From the NCBI GenBank assembly GCA_028023455.1, contig JAQFVV010000003.1:12462001-12526000 (forward strand): DNA of 64,000 bases. Direction: 5' to 3'. A program made the translations under genes and the position numbers. The DNA is from Epiperipatus broadwayi (lineage: Eukaryota > Animalia > Onychophora). Numbering within the stretch: position 1 is the first letter of the stretch; each line of letters starts with the position of its first letter. Below the pieces are notes generated by a model. It was not told where the DNA came from. It made no database searches and saw only the letters and a list, made by a program, of their open reading frames with translations. Positions 1 to 11,900 of this stretch are shown here, piece after piece.

Positions 1-315
1 TCTACCAATATTTTCATCAACAAAAAAAACCCATGGTATATAACTATGAGTGAACTCAAGGGCGACTTACTATAAGAGTGAATTTGTTAAAACAAAATCC
101 ACTCAAACCTCCTCTTTCTAATGTTAAATCTTATCCTCTTAAATTTTACTTGCCCTTAGATTGAGTATACAATTTTCTTATTCATATCTATACATTATCA
201 GAGCAACAATCACAGAAACAAAGGTAAGTTTACTTAATAAAACATAACACAAAAATATAATGTGGATTAATTTGGATTAGTAAATACATATACTTAAAGA
301 TTACATATCCCCCCT

Positions 316-914
316 TTCTATTGCTGAAACTTTGGGGTATTTGAAGTGAAGGCTTTTTTTTCTTTTTTTTTTTTAATTCTATTATGCAAATGTCTCTTGA
401 AATTATAATAAAAAAATCTATTTACCCTGATCGATCAGTGTAGGTCCTGTGTGTGTGGAATATTTCACTTTATATTCGTTGTGGTTTGTCCGTGATCTTC
501 TTCCAGTCTGTTCTCCCCGACTAGCTCTCTATGTCCGGCATTTACAAGGCAGTTCCAGGTGGTAATAGGAAGAGGTTCCCAAAAGGGAAAGTTCTGTTAG
601 ATCTAGGCACTCAACATTTTCTCTTTGCGCTTTCTTCTTATTTTTTTTTAATGTAAGTTTACGATTTTTACTATTGACGAGTCTGAGCCAAATTTAAACT
701 TACAGATTAAGTATTGACCTCGGCAGAAATCCAATTAATTTAAACAAAAGGAAAGTCCGTAATTTATAGTTCTTTTTTTAAATCTTAATTTCAAACCTTT
801 AAAATCTCTTTTTTTTTTTTTTTTTTTTTTTTTAAAATCCCAAAGAAACATTCCAATTGATCAGCGTAATAGATAGCATAAAAATACCTTCACTTCAAAG
901 TCCCAACAATAGAA
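316..914. mobile_element. Foldback/MITE-like element with long imperfect terminal inverted repeats
   Basis: Left ttctattgctg...tttgaagtgaagg (316-352) is matched in inverted orientation by ccttcacttcaaa...caacaatagaa (887-914). A second inverted match links tctatttaccctgatc (~416-432) to gatcagcgtaataga (~859-873). The interior retains CpG. No TSD was identified. Confidence 0.4.
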
Positions 915-1259
915 TTAATTGCTTTCTTTTCCCTTCTATCTTTAAGAATTTTTTTAAAGACTTAACAAAAGACAAACTTTTATCAAAAATGTAAGATCTT
1001 GATCTAATTTATTTTAACTTCTTAAAACTCCATTTTAAAATTAAGTATTAATTTATATTTCTTTTCTTAAAAATTATGTATTATAAAACGATATTTATAT
1101 TTTAACAAAATATATATGTGTGTATATATATGAGCTGATAGAAAAGTACGTGTTTATTTATTTCTAATAAAACAAGTTTTATTACAATGTATATATTTTA
1201 TTTTTACAAAATATGTGTGTATATATATGTATGAGTATGAGCTGGCAGAAACTACCAGC

Positions 1260-1500
1260 TCAAAATTATAGCCAATTATCAAATCCTGCCTACATCTAAA
1301 AGCTGCTAGCAAATGATATAAAAATTTAATTTACAATACATGAAAATGTCAGTAGCTTGTGTCCTGATCTGCAATGTGAGAGAGAGCCCTTTCATCCTGA
1401 TGGATAATTTTAAAATTTTGTGCAAATTTAAACAAGATGCTTGGGTAAGTTAAGGATTGAATTATTGCATTCTAATAAGGATAAACACTGACTAAAGATG
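1260..1500 (+). mobile_element. Possible PLE GIY-YIG C-terminal remnant
   Basis: The broken translation includes MDNFKILCK (~1400-1427), which resembles the end of PLE endonucleases. It is highly decayed. Confidence 0.3.
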
Positions 1501-1646
1501 GCAAAAAATAACAACTTAAAATTAAAATTACTAATGAATTGACTGTCGACTAATTACTTAGAGAATAACAGTGTCACCTTCCAGCTGTTTCCTGGAAAGC
1601 AAAATTATATATTAACAATGATTCAAATCATCTATCTTTCATAAAA

Positions 1647-1866
1647 ATTATTCTTCACTTATAAAGTGTGATAAACAGAGTAGCTAAAATTCAAAAAACA
1701 TTAATCACAAAAAACTATTTGCCTAGCGCTTTCAATACTGTGTACCAGAATCATGATGACATATTGGAACTGAATGGTTAATAGTCCAGTGCATGCTCAG
1801 TGGGACACTAGTGTTTGCTGATTGATAACATTTTTAGACTTCGCAATAAACCAAGCCTCTTTCAAT
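1647..1866 (-). repeat. Copy 1 of PLE 3' tail (pseudo-LTR), same orientation as copy 3
   Basis: Aligns directly to ~2745-2963 (attattcttca...caataaaccaag(c/a)ctctttcaat). Confidence 0.9.
1720..1761 (-). ncRNA. Hammerhead-like motif, PLE1 tail copy 1 (keeps GAAA-GCGC-UA; core AUGAUUC)
   Basis: Minus strand reads tgtcatc ATGATTC t ggtac aca gtatt GAAA gcgc TA ggca. Stem II is weakened and position 9 is C in this copy. Confidence 0.5.
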
Positions 1867-2240
1867 GAATCAAATGATAGAAAGAGGAAGTTGACAGAGA
1901 CTTGATTTATTGCAAAGTCTAAAAACATTATCAATCAGTGTAACACTGGTGTTCCACTGAGCATGCACTGGAATATTAATCATTCAGTTCCAATATGTCA
2001 CCATGATTCTGGTACACAGTACCAAAAGCGTTGGCAAATAGTTTTTTGTGATTAATGTTTTTTGAATTTTAGCTACTCTGTTTTTCATACTTTATATATG
2101 AAGAATAATAATCTCAATTGCCAAGTATTTTAAAGAATAGTTAATACTGCTATTAATTCTGTGAATAATGAAAAAGCTCCAGTAAATAATGGAATTATTA
2201 CTGGTATTTTAAAAGAAGCAAGTGAAAAAATAGAAAAATT
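1863..2240 (+). repeat. Copy 2: inverted duplicate of PLE tail plus flanking RTE fragment
   Basis: Reverse complement of 2597-2990 minus a 17-bp tandem duplication. It overlaps copy 1 by the 4 bases CAAT (1863-1866). Confidence 0.9.
1996..2036 (+). ncRNA. Hammerhead-like motif, PLE1 tail copy 2 (decayed)
   Basis: Reads tgtcacc ATGATTC t ggtac aca gtacc aaaa gcgt tggca. Stem II is perfect; GAAA to AAAA is consistent with CpG decay of CCGAAA. Confidence 0.4.
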
Positions 2241-2389
2241 CCATGGAAATGCTCAAATGTCTTTTTATAATCTAAAATTCAAATTATAATAACAACTTAT
2301 ATTCACTAGTCCTTTCTATAACTAAATATTTTTTAGTATTTATACATAAATTACTGTGACAAAATACTATTTTTAAATAAAGCTTATTC

Positions 2390-2745
2390 CTTTAGTTGGC
2401 TTGAATCCAAACTTTATCTGGAAATAAGTTGTAATGATGTTAATAAAGATTCTATACAGAAGTGATAGAAAATTGAAATGTTGTAATTTCTAACATATTC
2501 TTTTACAAGTTTTTAAAATATCAATAGCATTGTTTCATTTTTCCAATCATATGATATATTTGATCATTTATACATTCAAAATATAACTTTATCAACAATT
2601 TTTCTATTTTTTCACTTGCTTCTTTTAAAATACCAGTAATAATTCCATTATTTACTGGAGCTTTTTCATTATTCACACAATTAATAGCAGTATTAACTAT
2701 TCTTTAAAATACTTGGCACTTTAAAATACTTGGCAATTGAGATTA
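2390..2745 (-). mobile_element. RTE-clade LINE reverse-transcriptase fragment
   Basis: Translation gives NTAINSVNNEKAPVNNGIITGILKEASEKIEK followed by DWKNE. It is homologous to 19060-19150 of the RTE copy in this window. Confidence 0.7.
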
Positions 2746-2990
2746 TTATTCTTCATATATAAAGTGTGAAAAACAGAGTAGCTAAAATTCAAAAAACATT
2801 AATCACAAAAAACTATTTGCCAACGCTTTTGGTACTGTGTACCATAATCATGATGACATATTGGAATTAAATGGTTAATATTCCAGTACATGCTCAGTGG
2901 AACACTAGTATTACACTATTGATAATGTTTTTAGACTTTGCAATAAACCAAGACTCTTTCAATTTTCTCTTTCTATTGTTTGATTCATTG
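2597..2990 (-). repeat. Copy 3 (source locus) of PLE tail plus RTE flank
   Basis: Continuous with the PLE1 GIY-YIG ORF. It contains the tandem 17-mer ctttaaaatacttggca at 2702-2735. Confidence 0.9.
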
Positions 2991-3760
2991 CACACAGAAG
3001 TGATATTTTGAGGATAAAACTCATATCCACAAATACTTTCATGATAGCCTTCATTTTACCATAATAGATAGCATTAAAACCAATTTCTTTGCAGGCAATG
3101 GAATAAATCACTTCATACCTATTAATTTCTTCCATACTATCCTTTGAATTATTTATTAGTCTATTTAAACACAATAATCTTTACCAATTATATTTTTTAA
3201 TTTCCTACTTACAGATGGCACATAAAGCTAAAGAAAACCACTTTTTGACTGTTTCATTTTTTACATCCACTTTATGTTTAAACTTCACTTTATTATAAAC
3301 AAACTCAATTGCCTGTGTAATATATTTTTTTGTATCCCACACCTATCAAATCATCAATATATCTCTCAATATTACTTTTTCTATCTACCTCAAATTTTCA
3401 TTATCTGACAGAGTTTTTATATTATTTATCTATCTTTCATAAATAAATCTGTTCTAACAGTAAGGCTCATGGAATCTTCCCATATGTATTGACTTTTATT
3501 GTGAATTATTTGAAAAAATTTTGCATTTTATTCTTTTTTGCCATAATATTACGAAACATAAATTATTCTCTGAATAAGAAATGATGTTTGATAAGAGTTG
3601 TTTTTAATTATGTTTGCCCCATATTTAGTAAACACAATCCTTACCCTATCTATACTCTCAGCTAATGAGGCACCAAAAATTTGACCCTTTTAAACATATG
3701 TTTGACTTTTTTACCCTACAAGCTTAATATTTTCACTTCTTTTATACATAATGTCAAAAA
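2750..3760 (-). mobile_element. Penelope-like element PLE1, decayed (GIY-YIG remnant, RT traces, 3' tail)
   Basis: ORF 2959-3174 reads LNRLINNSKD...VIYSIAC...AIYYGK, matching the GIY-YIG region of PLE2 and PLE3. The upstream RT is only weakly recognisable. Confidence 0.75.
2818..2858 (-). ncRNA. Hammerhead-like motif, PLE1 tail copy 3 (core AUGAUUA, A3:U8)
   Basis: Minus strand reads tgtcatc ATGATTA t ggtac aca gtacc aaaa gcgt tggca. The core is at 2845-2851; GAAA has decayed to AAAA. Confidence 0.5.
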
Positions 3761-5914
3761 TAAAAATAAAAATGGATTAAAGCATTAAAAGCAAATGAAA
3801 TTATAACATAAGATAGAGAGTAATAAAAAAAAAAATTATTAGAATAATTAATGATTTAAAAATGATAATGGAAAATAATACAAAAAAAAAAAAAAGAAGA
3901 TAAAATAAAGTGTATAAAATCTATAGTAAAAAAAATATATATATTATGACCTACACCCACATATCTATTATACAGATGGATGAACAGATGGGTAGATAAA
4001 TAAATATACAAACACTGCCTTGAATGTGCAAATTCTAGATATAAGACCAACAGCAACTATAATCATAAAGCACTATCAAAGTAATCTGAAAAATTTAAAT
4101 GTACTACTCATACATATTAAAATACCAATAAATTAATCCTCATAGCATATGTAAATATAATAAATATCAGTTCCTTCTAAATCTACTAAAAGTACAGTGA
4201 TATTCTGTATATATGATATAAATACAGAGTTCAGTTCCTCTAGATATATATATATTCACAAGTATGGCCAAAATATCTGTATCATGATAAGGCAATGCAT
4301 TGCTTAATCTTCATAAAAATCATTACAACACTTTATATGTATAAAGTTAAAGATAAATTATGGATTCAGATTCATACAAATATGATATCTGCTTCACCAG
4401 AAGAGATGGCATCATCATATTGTAAACAGTTAGTGCACTTATCTACTTATATCAAATCACCTCTCCAGTTAAAAATAAGTATTTACAAATGTAAGTTAAG
4501 ATCTCTAGTAAAAAGCAGATAGAGTAACTAAATAATTGTATATAAAAAAGTAGAGATCCACCAACCAATATTGGATGGCTAAAAGCTGCAACATGAAAAA
4601 AATCCTGAATTTATTTGGAAAATTCTCATCTAAGTTTTACTTTGCATTTGATTCCAGATCTTAAGTATGATATAATATTATCACAACAAAAGACCCTTAT
4701 ATATTGAGCATATATAAATATATACAATTTTAAAAAATGTTTTACATAAATACAATTTTTGAATAACTTCTAAAATGCAGGATTGCATAAATTAAAAACA
4801 AACTGTCCATAATATTATTATTTAAATTTATCAATTACTTTATACAATATCAAAAAATCAATGCCATTTACTTTACAAAATATCAAAGTATCAATAAAAA
4901 TAATGTATAGTCTCTAGTGATATTTATATGGGCAACTGTTTAAGACATTATGAGATGCTTAAACACCAAAGTGATGGATATCATAACAGTTTCACATCAA
5001 AAGAACTGAGCTGGAATGGAAGTTCTTAATCAAAAAAATAAACTATGAACTTTAGCTCATCAGTAATACTTTTACTACTAAGCTCACTTTTCAGAGCAAT
5101 GATTTATTATTATAAAAAAAAGGTTCAAATTTTTTAAATATTGTATTAAATCTTAATATATATATATATGATACATATATTTATTAACAGCATCACTACA
5201 TGGGAAGAGATGCCTTTGTGCAAGATAAATTTTAGCCCCCCACCCTCTTCTATGAAATAAAATTTGTAAATTAAAAGACATTTTTTCCCAGTGCTTTTGC
5301 AAAAAAAAAAAAACACCTTTAAAATACAGCTTTAGTCATTTAACATGTTTGATAAATATCTTACATGTTTTATTCATTTGTTTCTATAAAATAAACCTGG
5401 AGATTAACACATGCTGAAATAAAACAAATTAATGTTTAAAAATAATTTCTGAGACAATAATTAAAGAATACCTTAAAATTAAAATATTTATTTAGTAAAT
5501 TTGAAATTTTTTATCTTTTCTTTCAAAAGTTTTCATATTATTTTTTGGACAATCCTATGAAATTGCTAGTAGAGATAGGAAATATCTGCAAATAAGATAA
5601 TTTTTTTAAAATATCTAAATATTTTTATCATATTTAAAAGACACCCCCCCATACACACACACAAATCATTATCCCACCCCCTCCTCTTCTCAGACTTGCT
5701 CTGATATTATATAATTTATATATATAATTGATTCCATTTCTAGTTTAATTACTTAAAAATATTATCTACAGCCAAATTATGATTCCCTGGAATGCTTCAC
5801 CTCTTAGTTCTGTCCTGCATAGCAAGGAGAAAAAAGACCATCTTGTCTCCATAGTCCTTTCTGAAGTACAATAGTTGTAAAAGCTGATATAACTCTTAAA
5901 TTTCTTTATTAATA

Positions 5915-6420
5915 TTTAGATCAATTTTAACTGGTATATTTATAATTATTTAAAAATAGTTCATGCTTGTTTGAAAACCCATTCAAAATCTCTCATGATT
6001 AAACTTGTTCATATTTTCTTTTAAAAAAGTTATATTCCTTCAATAATAAAATATTTATCCTATTATTTAATTTTTTATGCATGCATACTCCATTATTAAT
6101 ACCTAAAATTTATTATATATGTATAGTTTCATATTTTAAATTTCCATACTTAATTGTTTATTGATGTAACTTTTATAACTCATTAGAACCACAAAGCTAG
6201 ATCAATTTTAAACAATGATTAATATACTTGTAGAAAATAGTTGCTTGTTTTAAAAATCTATTAGTTCCTTTTAATTTAGAATCTCTTATACATAACTTGT
6301 TTACATTTTCTATTAACAAAATTAGTTTATTTTCATTCAATAATAAAATATTTACATTATGATTATTTAATTTTTATGTTTATTAATAGCTAAGTCATAT
6401 TATATATATATTACACTTTA
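5915..6420. repeat. Diverged tandem duplication (~285 bp period)
   Basis: tagatcaattttaa...aaaatagtt...ttcaataataaaatattta occurs at ~5918-6060 and again at ~6198-6355. Confidence 0.65.
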
Positions 6421-6974
6421 TTATATAGTTAAATAATTAGGGATTCAGCCAGAATTTATTTTAGGGAAAAATATTTAAATTTTATACTTGTTTATTCGAT
6501 AAATTTTTAGACGTCTAAAATACCTTGCACTTTATTTTGCTTATTCATAGGTTATGTTGGATAGTTATAAAAAAAAATCAAACATTTGATTTGTTCCATT
6601 AGATACATTTTTTAGATTTTAATATAGTACAATCATATAGGGGTTTTACTACAATCAAGAGAATTGCATTAAATAATATCGTTATCATGAAATTTGTTAA
6701 GAATTAAATATTTTGGCATGCAATAATATCTTTTTAAAAATTATGTTTTCTATTCATTGTTTTTTTTTTAGATTTGAACCATAGCATAAATTATGGATCA
6801 ATTATGGGTCTTTAACTAGAGAACAAACCTGAAAAAGCTATTTAAAACATAAAAAAAATAATACAGCATAAAAAAAGATAATATTATTAAAAATAGGAAA
6901 AGCTATTTAGTAAAATATGTAAAAAGATATGAGATAATAAACAAAAATATCAGATTATTAAAAATATTTTGCAC

Positions 6975-7040
6975 AAGACAGCAGCAGAATTGACTCAAGA
7001 TCCCACATTCCAGAGTCTACCACTCCATCACTATTGTAAA
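6975..7040 (-). mobile_element. Possible tRNA-derived SINE head
   Basis: Minus strand has GGAGTGGTAGA (A-box-like) followed by GAGTCAATTC (B-box-like). Similar AGTGGTAGA heads occur near 36503(+), 39025(-) and 60452(-). Confidence 0.3.
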
Positions 7041-7199
7041 CTAAATAAGAGATATGAGCATGTAAAATATTATTGATAAAGATAATTTAATCACATGCAG
7101 AATTACTGCAATTATAAGGCAATATTTTTAAAACTAGTTTTTTTTAAAATAAATTATTAATAGTAATGTATTACTTTTTATATAAATTAGGATATTTAA

Positions 7200-7630
7200 A
7201 TAAAAGTGATTGGGAAATCTAAACATTTTCATTTATATAAAATTTTTATTCATTATAGCAACAAAAGGGTGTCAAACTTGTTCAGTTTAATGCAAGGTTA
7301 TAGTATATATAAAGTATATTTTAAGCTATATTTAAATTTAAAAAATTTACAATCAGAACATGTTTCTAACAATAAAATGATTCAGAAACCTAAACATTTA
7401 TGTATAAGTTTAATTAATTATCATGACAAAATGGCATCAACCTGTTTGGTTTAACACAATGATAAGAGTGTATATATAATATATTTCAAGGCTCAGGCAA
7501 CTATCACAATAAGTTTAAGTAAAGAAGTATTTCTCTCATATTTAAATAAAAAATATTTACACTTAAAAAGTATTTCTAACAATAAAGTGATTCAAAAATG
7601 TAAACATTTTCATTTACATATAAATTTTAT
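7200..7630. repeat. Diverged AT-rich tandem repeat (three partial units)
   Basis: aataaa(a/g)tgatt...taaacattt recurs at ~7200, ~7372 and ~7581. Confidence 0.55.
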
Positions 7631-8386
7631 TATCTTGGCACCCCCGTGATAAAGTGCCTTTATGCCCTGCACATGCATACATGGTGGCCCTATTTATTAA
7701 TTCTAAACATCAGAAATCTTCAAAGTTTCTTGGTCTTTCCAAATATAAAATGCTAAAATAAGCATTAAGTGATAAGTGTCTTAATTATATTATCATAATA
7801 TCTCAACTAGCTTACAAATATTACATTAATTTAATGTCTGAATATAACTTAAACAAAGAACATATATTAAAATTCTTTTTAAAAACCCCTTAAAAACTCA
7901 AAGTAATTGGATGCAAAGAGAAGCTTGCTGCTAATTGAAAATAGATCCCTTTAGACCTTAAAAGACTCAAGCGGGACAAATTTCCTAATATCCACTCCAT
8001 ATGTTCTTGTCATTGCAGATGTTATCACTTATTCTTATAGAAAATGAATATGAATGAGCTGCTCAACAACACACATTAGCCAGCATGGTAAGTTTATTGG
8101 CTTTTTACTTATGAGTTTAAGATCAAGAAACACCATGGTATTTCTTCTCAGTTTCCTGTGTGAATGAAATTTTTTTTTATGGATATTTACAATCATGATA
8201 GATAAAACTAAATTATAGTCTTTATTCCCAGAGATCTGTAAAGTTACTAGACAAGCAGTGGTCAGTGCTGGGGACAAAAGGTGCTAAGGATCCCAATAGG
8301 CTGTCATTCAAAGATGATCTTTTATTTAAGTATATATAACTTCAGATGACTTTTAAATAGAAGATTGTATTGAAACAGTAAGATTT

Positions 8387-8651
8387 GTTTTTCAATCTTA
8401 AGTTTCACCTTTTTCTCTTTCCTCTCTTTCTGGGGTTTCTCCCCCACACATATTTACTCTTTTTGTATTGTGTTGGGGAATATAAAATTTAAAAATATAT
8501 ATTAATTAATAACACACCCCATCTTTCAAATTAAATTAAAGAAAAAAAAAGAAGAAAAATAATAATTTTTTTTTTTTATTTTTAAATTTTATTTTTTTTT
8601 TTTTTTATTACTTTTTTAAAAAAATTAAAAAAAAAAAAAAAAAAAACTTCC

Positions 8652-8695
<44 letters not shown>

Positions 8696-9221
8696 AAAAA
8701 AAAAAAAAAAAAAAAAAAAAAACAAAATGAATTCCTTTTGTAAACAAATAAATAAATGTATTCTTTAAAATATAATCATGTCACAAATCCCGCTACTGAA
8801 GCTTTTAATCCATAAAATATTGTTAGTAAATGATCTTATTAAAATGTGTTAATAAATAATTTTAAACTATACGTCTGCAGTTATGTTTCATTTATTCGAT
8901 ACCCATTTTATATAATATTTCCTCGATTATGTAAATATGAATGTTTAATTAATATTACTTTGATTATTGGCTAACTCGAAAATAAAATCATGAATCTCTT
9001 GCATATCCCTGACCACCGTACCTAAAGAAATATTTACTAATGTTGCATCAGATGCATTGTTTCGTGGATTGTATTGTGGAACCGATAAACTATGTTCGAA
9101 CTCAGTACCATGGGTGGCTTTGCTACCTCGATGGTGCTGCTGTTCTGTGTGATGGTCGAATTCTGCACTATGTTTACGAGTCACACGTTTTCTGACTGTT
9201 ATAGTATGCATTGAAAAAACC
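8387..9221. mobile_element. Discrete insert with short TIRs and ATTT flanks; contains poly-A/T low complexity and a CpG-rich ORF segment
   Basis: ATTT occurs at 8383-8386 and 9222-9225. The ends are gtttttcaat and attgaaaaaacc. The host RTE frame is nearly contiguous when the insert is removed. Confidence 0.55.
9022..9195 (-). CDS. Exon-like segment (VRKRVTRKHSAEF...TLVNISLG), product unknown
   Basis: Lies within ORF 8945-9223. Acceptor ...ctataacag, donor AG/GTACGG, 174 bp, phase 1-1. No family was recognised and competing plus-strand frames exist. Confidence 0.3.
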
Positions 9222-9799
9222 ATTTAATATTAAATAAATATTGTTGGACATTGTGAAGTTAGGCAAAAAGTAAAAAGATAATTGATTTAAAAATTGGCAT
9301 GTACTTTATTGCAAACACACAACTATTGGAAACATAAATAGAATGGAATTCATTGTAAAGAAAAAATGGTAGAATAATATTGTAGAAATTTATGATATAT
9401 TTGACAAGGTGGCAAGATTAGTTTTTCAAATTAACGAAAAATAGTAAATGCAGATAATTCAAGTTTAAGCCCAACAAGTTTTTGTTGTGATAGAAAAATA
9501 GAGGATTTTTATATAGCGGTACAAAATGCTTTTGATTAAACCAAATTACATTTGAAAATTGTCATGGGAGACTTTAATGACAGGATTGGTAGATAATTAA
9601 AAGATAAAAGTGCTATGGATAAATTAAGTTAAGATGATAAATACAAGCTCCCATAAAAATAGTATATTATGATTCTCTTTTTTTTTTTTTAAATCCTAAA
9701 TGAAAATGGAAGCATCCAAATGAAATGAAGTTCGATTACATTTTGACTAACAGAAAATATATATTTGCAAGACTGTTATGTTTTTATAGATTCAAATTT

Positions 9800-9903
9800 T
9801 ATTGTACTAATATTTTTTTTTTTAATAAAATAGAAACAAAAAACTGTAAACATTACAATGCAGACTGTCTCTAGATTGAGAACTCCATTCTAGCATTATA
9901 ATA
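9800..9903 (+). repeat. Short interspersed repeat, second copy at ~13588-13693
   Basis: Both copies share ttattgtactaatatt...aaaaactgtaaa...tgtctctagattgaga(a/g)ctccatt(c/t)tagcattataata. Confidence 0.8.
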
Positions 9904-10899
9904 CCCTCCCCTCCAAAAGGGAAAAAACAATAAAATATCTATTTCTATTTTTTCTTTCTAACATCTATTGGATTCTAATATTAGCACCATGCCAAGTTAA
10001 TCTATGTGGATATTATAAACCATATATCCTCCCTACTAACATCAGTGTCATTTATAAAGTCACTTGAGTAATAAGATGATTTCAGGGTTACTCCACTGCT
10101 AACCTATCTACCCCTTAAAAAGCTATTGCTCTTCCTAAACAACTAAAGTTAATTTGTATATCTACTTTCTGGAAACTAAATTGGTATTTAACTGTCAAGA
10201 AAATGACCATCAGCTTGCAGCACTGAGGTAGATAAAGAATCCAACCACTGATCAATAAGCATACAATGTATTATGAATACCAGGAGAGCTATCTCAACTT
10301 AAACATAACAAAAAAAAAACCCAAACTATTTAAATAAACACTATTTTTTCCTATAAAGCCTTGCTAATTTTCTCGAGACTTAAAGGCATGTCAACAACTT
10401 CAAAATATATGGGGTTTTCTCATTTTCTCTGAGACTTAAAGGCATGGAGTTCATGGCAGGACTATATTAACTGTCCATGATAAATAACAAGAACATTTGA
10501 AAATGGATTACGTTAGTGTTGAGGTAGAAACACTCCAGGAAATTATATGAACTACATTGCACCAACATTCCAATGATAAAATCTACCATCCATTATCAGT
10601 ACTGAAAGCAAAACTAGACAAATTCATGCAGTCAAAAGCTTCACTCATTTTCTACAATATTATTCTTATTTTTTTAAATTCAATGATTTAACATGTTATA
10701 TTAATTTATAACATAAAACTCAAATATTTTATTTCTGTAGTAAGGGCTAACTATCACTCTAATTCTTTGAGTGCTTTAAAATTTTACACTTTTTACTCCC
10801 AAAATCAAATTTAATTTTAAAATATAATTCACATTTCCAAAATCAGTTATTTTTTCATATACTTAGTTCATCATAACTAATAATTAAATTTTTCTCTTT

Positions 10900-11900
10900 C
10901 TAAATATTTTTTCAATGGTACAGGTATCACTTGAGATAACCTGAAAAATTTTCTAACTATTATTTAAACACTCTTAAATATTTGAATCCAAGTGAATGGT
11001 CTGTATTCCACCTTCTAACCCCTTTACTTTCTTTTACTATCCTAATATTAATATCTAGAATAAATAATTTGTTAAATAATTCATAAGGTATGCTCACTTT
11101 CCTTAAACTTATATTACTCTCAGATTGTATAATTTTTATCTTTCTTTTGATCTCAAATCTTTTACTTTCATTTCGCATGCTCTACAATTAATAATACATC
11201 TAGCTTGAATTTTCAACCTATCCTTCTCTTCAATAAGCTGACTACGGAATTCATTATCCACACCCCTTACATTATGTCTAATGTTATATGCATAAATACT
11301 TATAATGTTTGTATTAACGTTAAAATTATTAAAGTATTTATTCATTTCTTTTTCCTTTATGCCTTCATCTTTATCTGTAGCAGCTGTCTGTAACATTATC
11401 CATATCTTCCATTAATTCACTTTAACAGTCTCTCTTGATTTTCAGTTTGCACTTCTTCATGCACTTGGATATCTTCTCTCCCCTGAAATGGGTTTGTTTA
11501 TTTTTTAAAATCTTTTCATCATACCTTTGAAGCATATTTTCTAACTTCTGTTGACTTTGTTTAAATTTTTCATTGTTTCTTTTTCCATTCCTTAAACTCC
11601 TTTTCAATATTTGTTGTATTATCTCTATCATGGATGATTTAGCATGCTCTTTCAGGCAAGTAACTTGGTATCACTTCTGGATAATTTACTTGATTTTCCA
11701 TTTTCTTTTTAAATGCCAATCTCGTTAACATCTATTTATCCTAATTCAACATTCCAAATCTTTAATATTTCCATGCAGAACTAGCAGTCATTTAAATCAC
11801 CTCAAACTATTTCTCTACTGAGTTTAAATTCTTTTACTTATAGCCATTATACTTTATATTCCATTTCTTTATCTTTGCCTTATTACTTTATCTGTATCAA
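10900..11900 (-). mobile_element. Decayed LINE RT fragment (RTE-like)
   Basis: Broken ORFs 10960-11178 (KGVRRW, GVRQG-equivalent), 11136-11396 and 11422-11631. Confidence 0.5.

Larger units (their letters stand above)
7975..9780 (+). mobile_element. RTE-clade LINE 5' portion (leader plus AP endonuclease), interrupted at 8387-9221
   Basis: 7975-8300 is homologous to 17403-17750. The endonuclease start (YNFR...RRLY) at ~8335-8372 resumes as NIVGHCEVRQK at ~9237, followed by SLSPTS (YAPTS-like). Confidence 0.75.

Noticed and set aside
1555-1600. Hairpin plus GAAA after the plus-strand PLE-like fragment, as a possible hammerhead
   Set aside because: No plausible 7-nt core in register and no palindromic stem III/UH.
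4010-4030. acactgccttga, identical to the start of the PLE2 hammerhead
   Set aside because: The match is only 12 bp, with no stem II or GAAA downstream.
8520-8725. Long poly-A/poly-T mosaic as a functional element or retrocopy tail
   Set aside because: Low complexity resembling homopolymer slippage or poor base calls; its orientation does not fit a tail for the minus-strand ORF.
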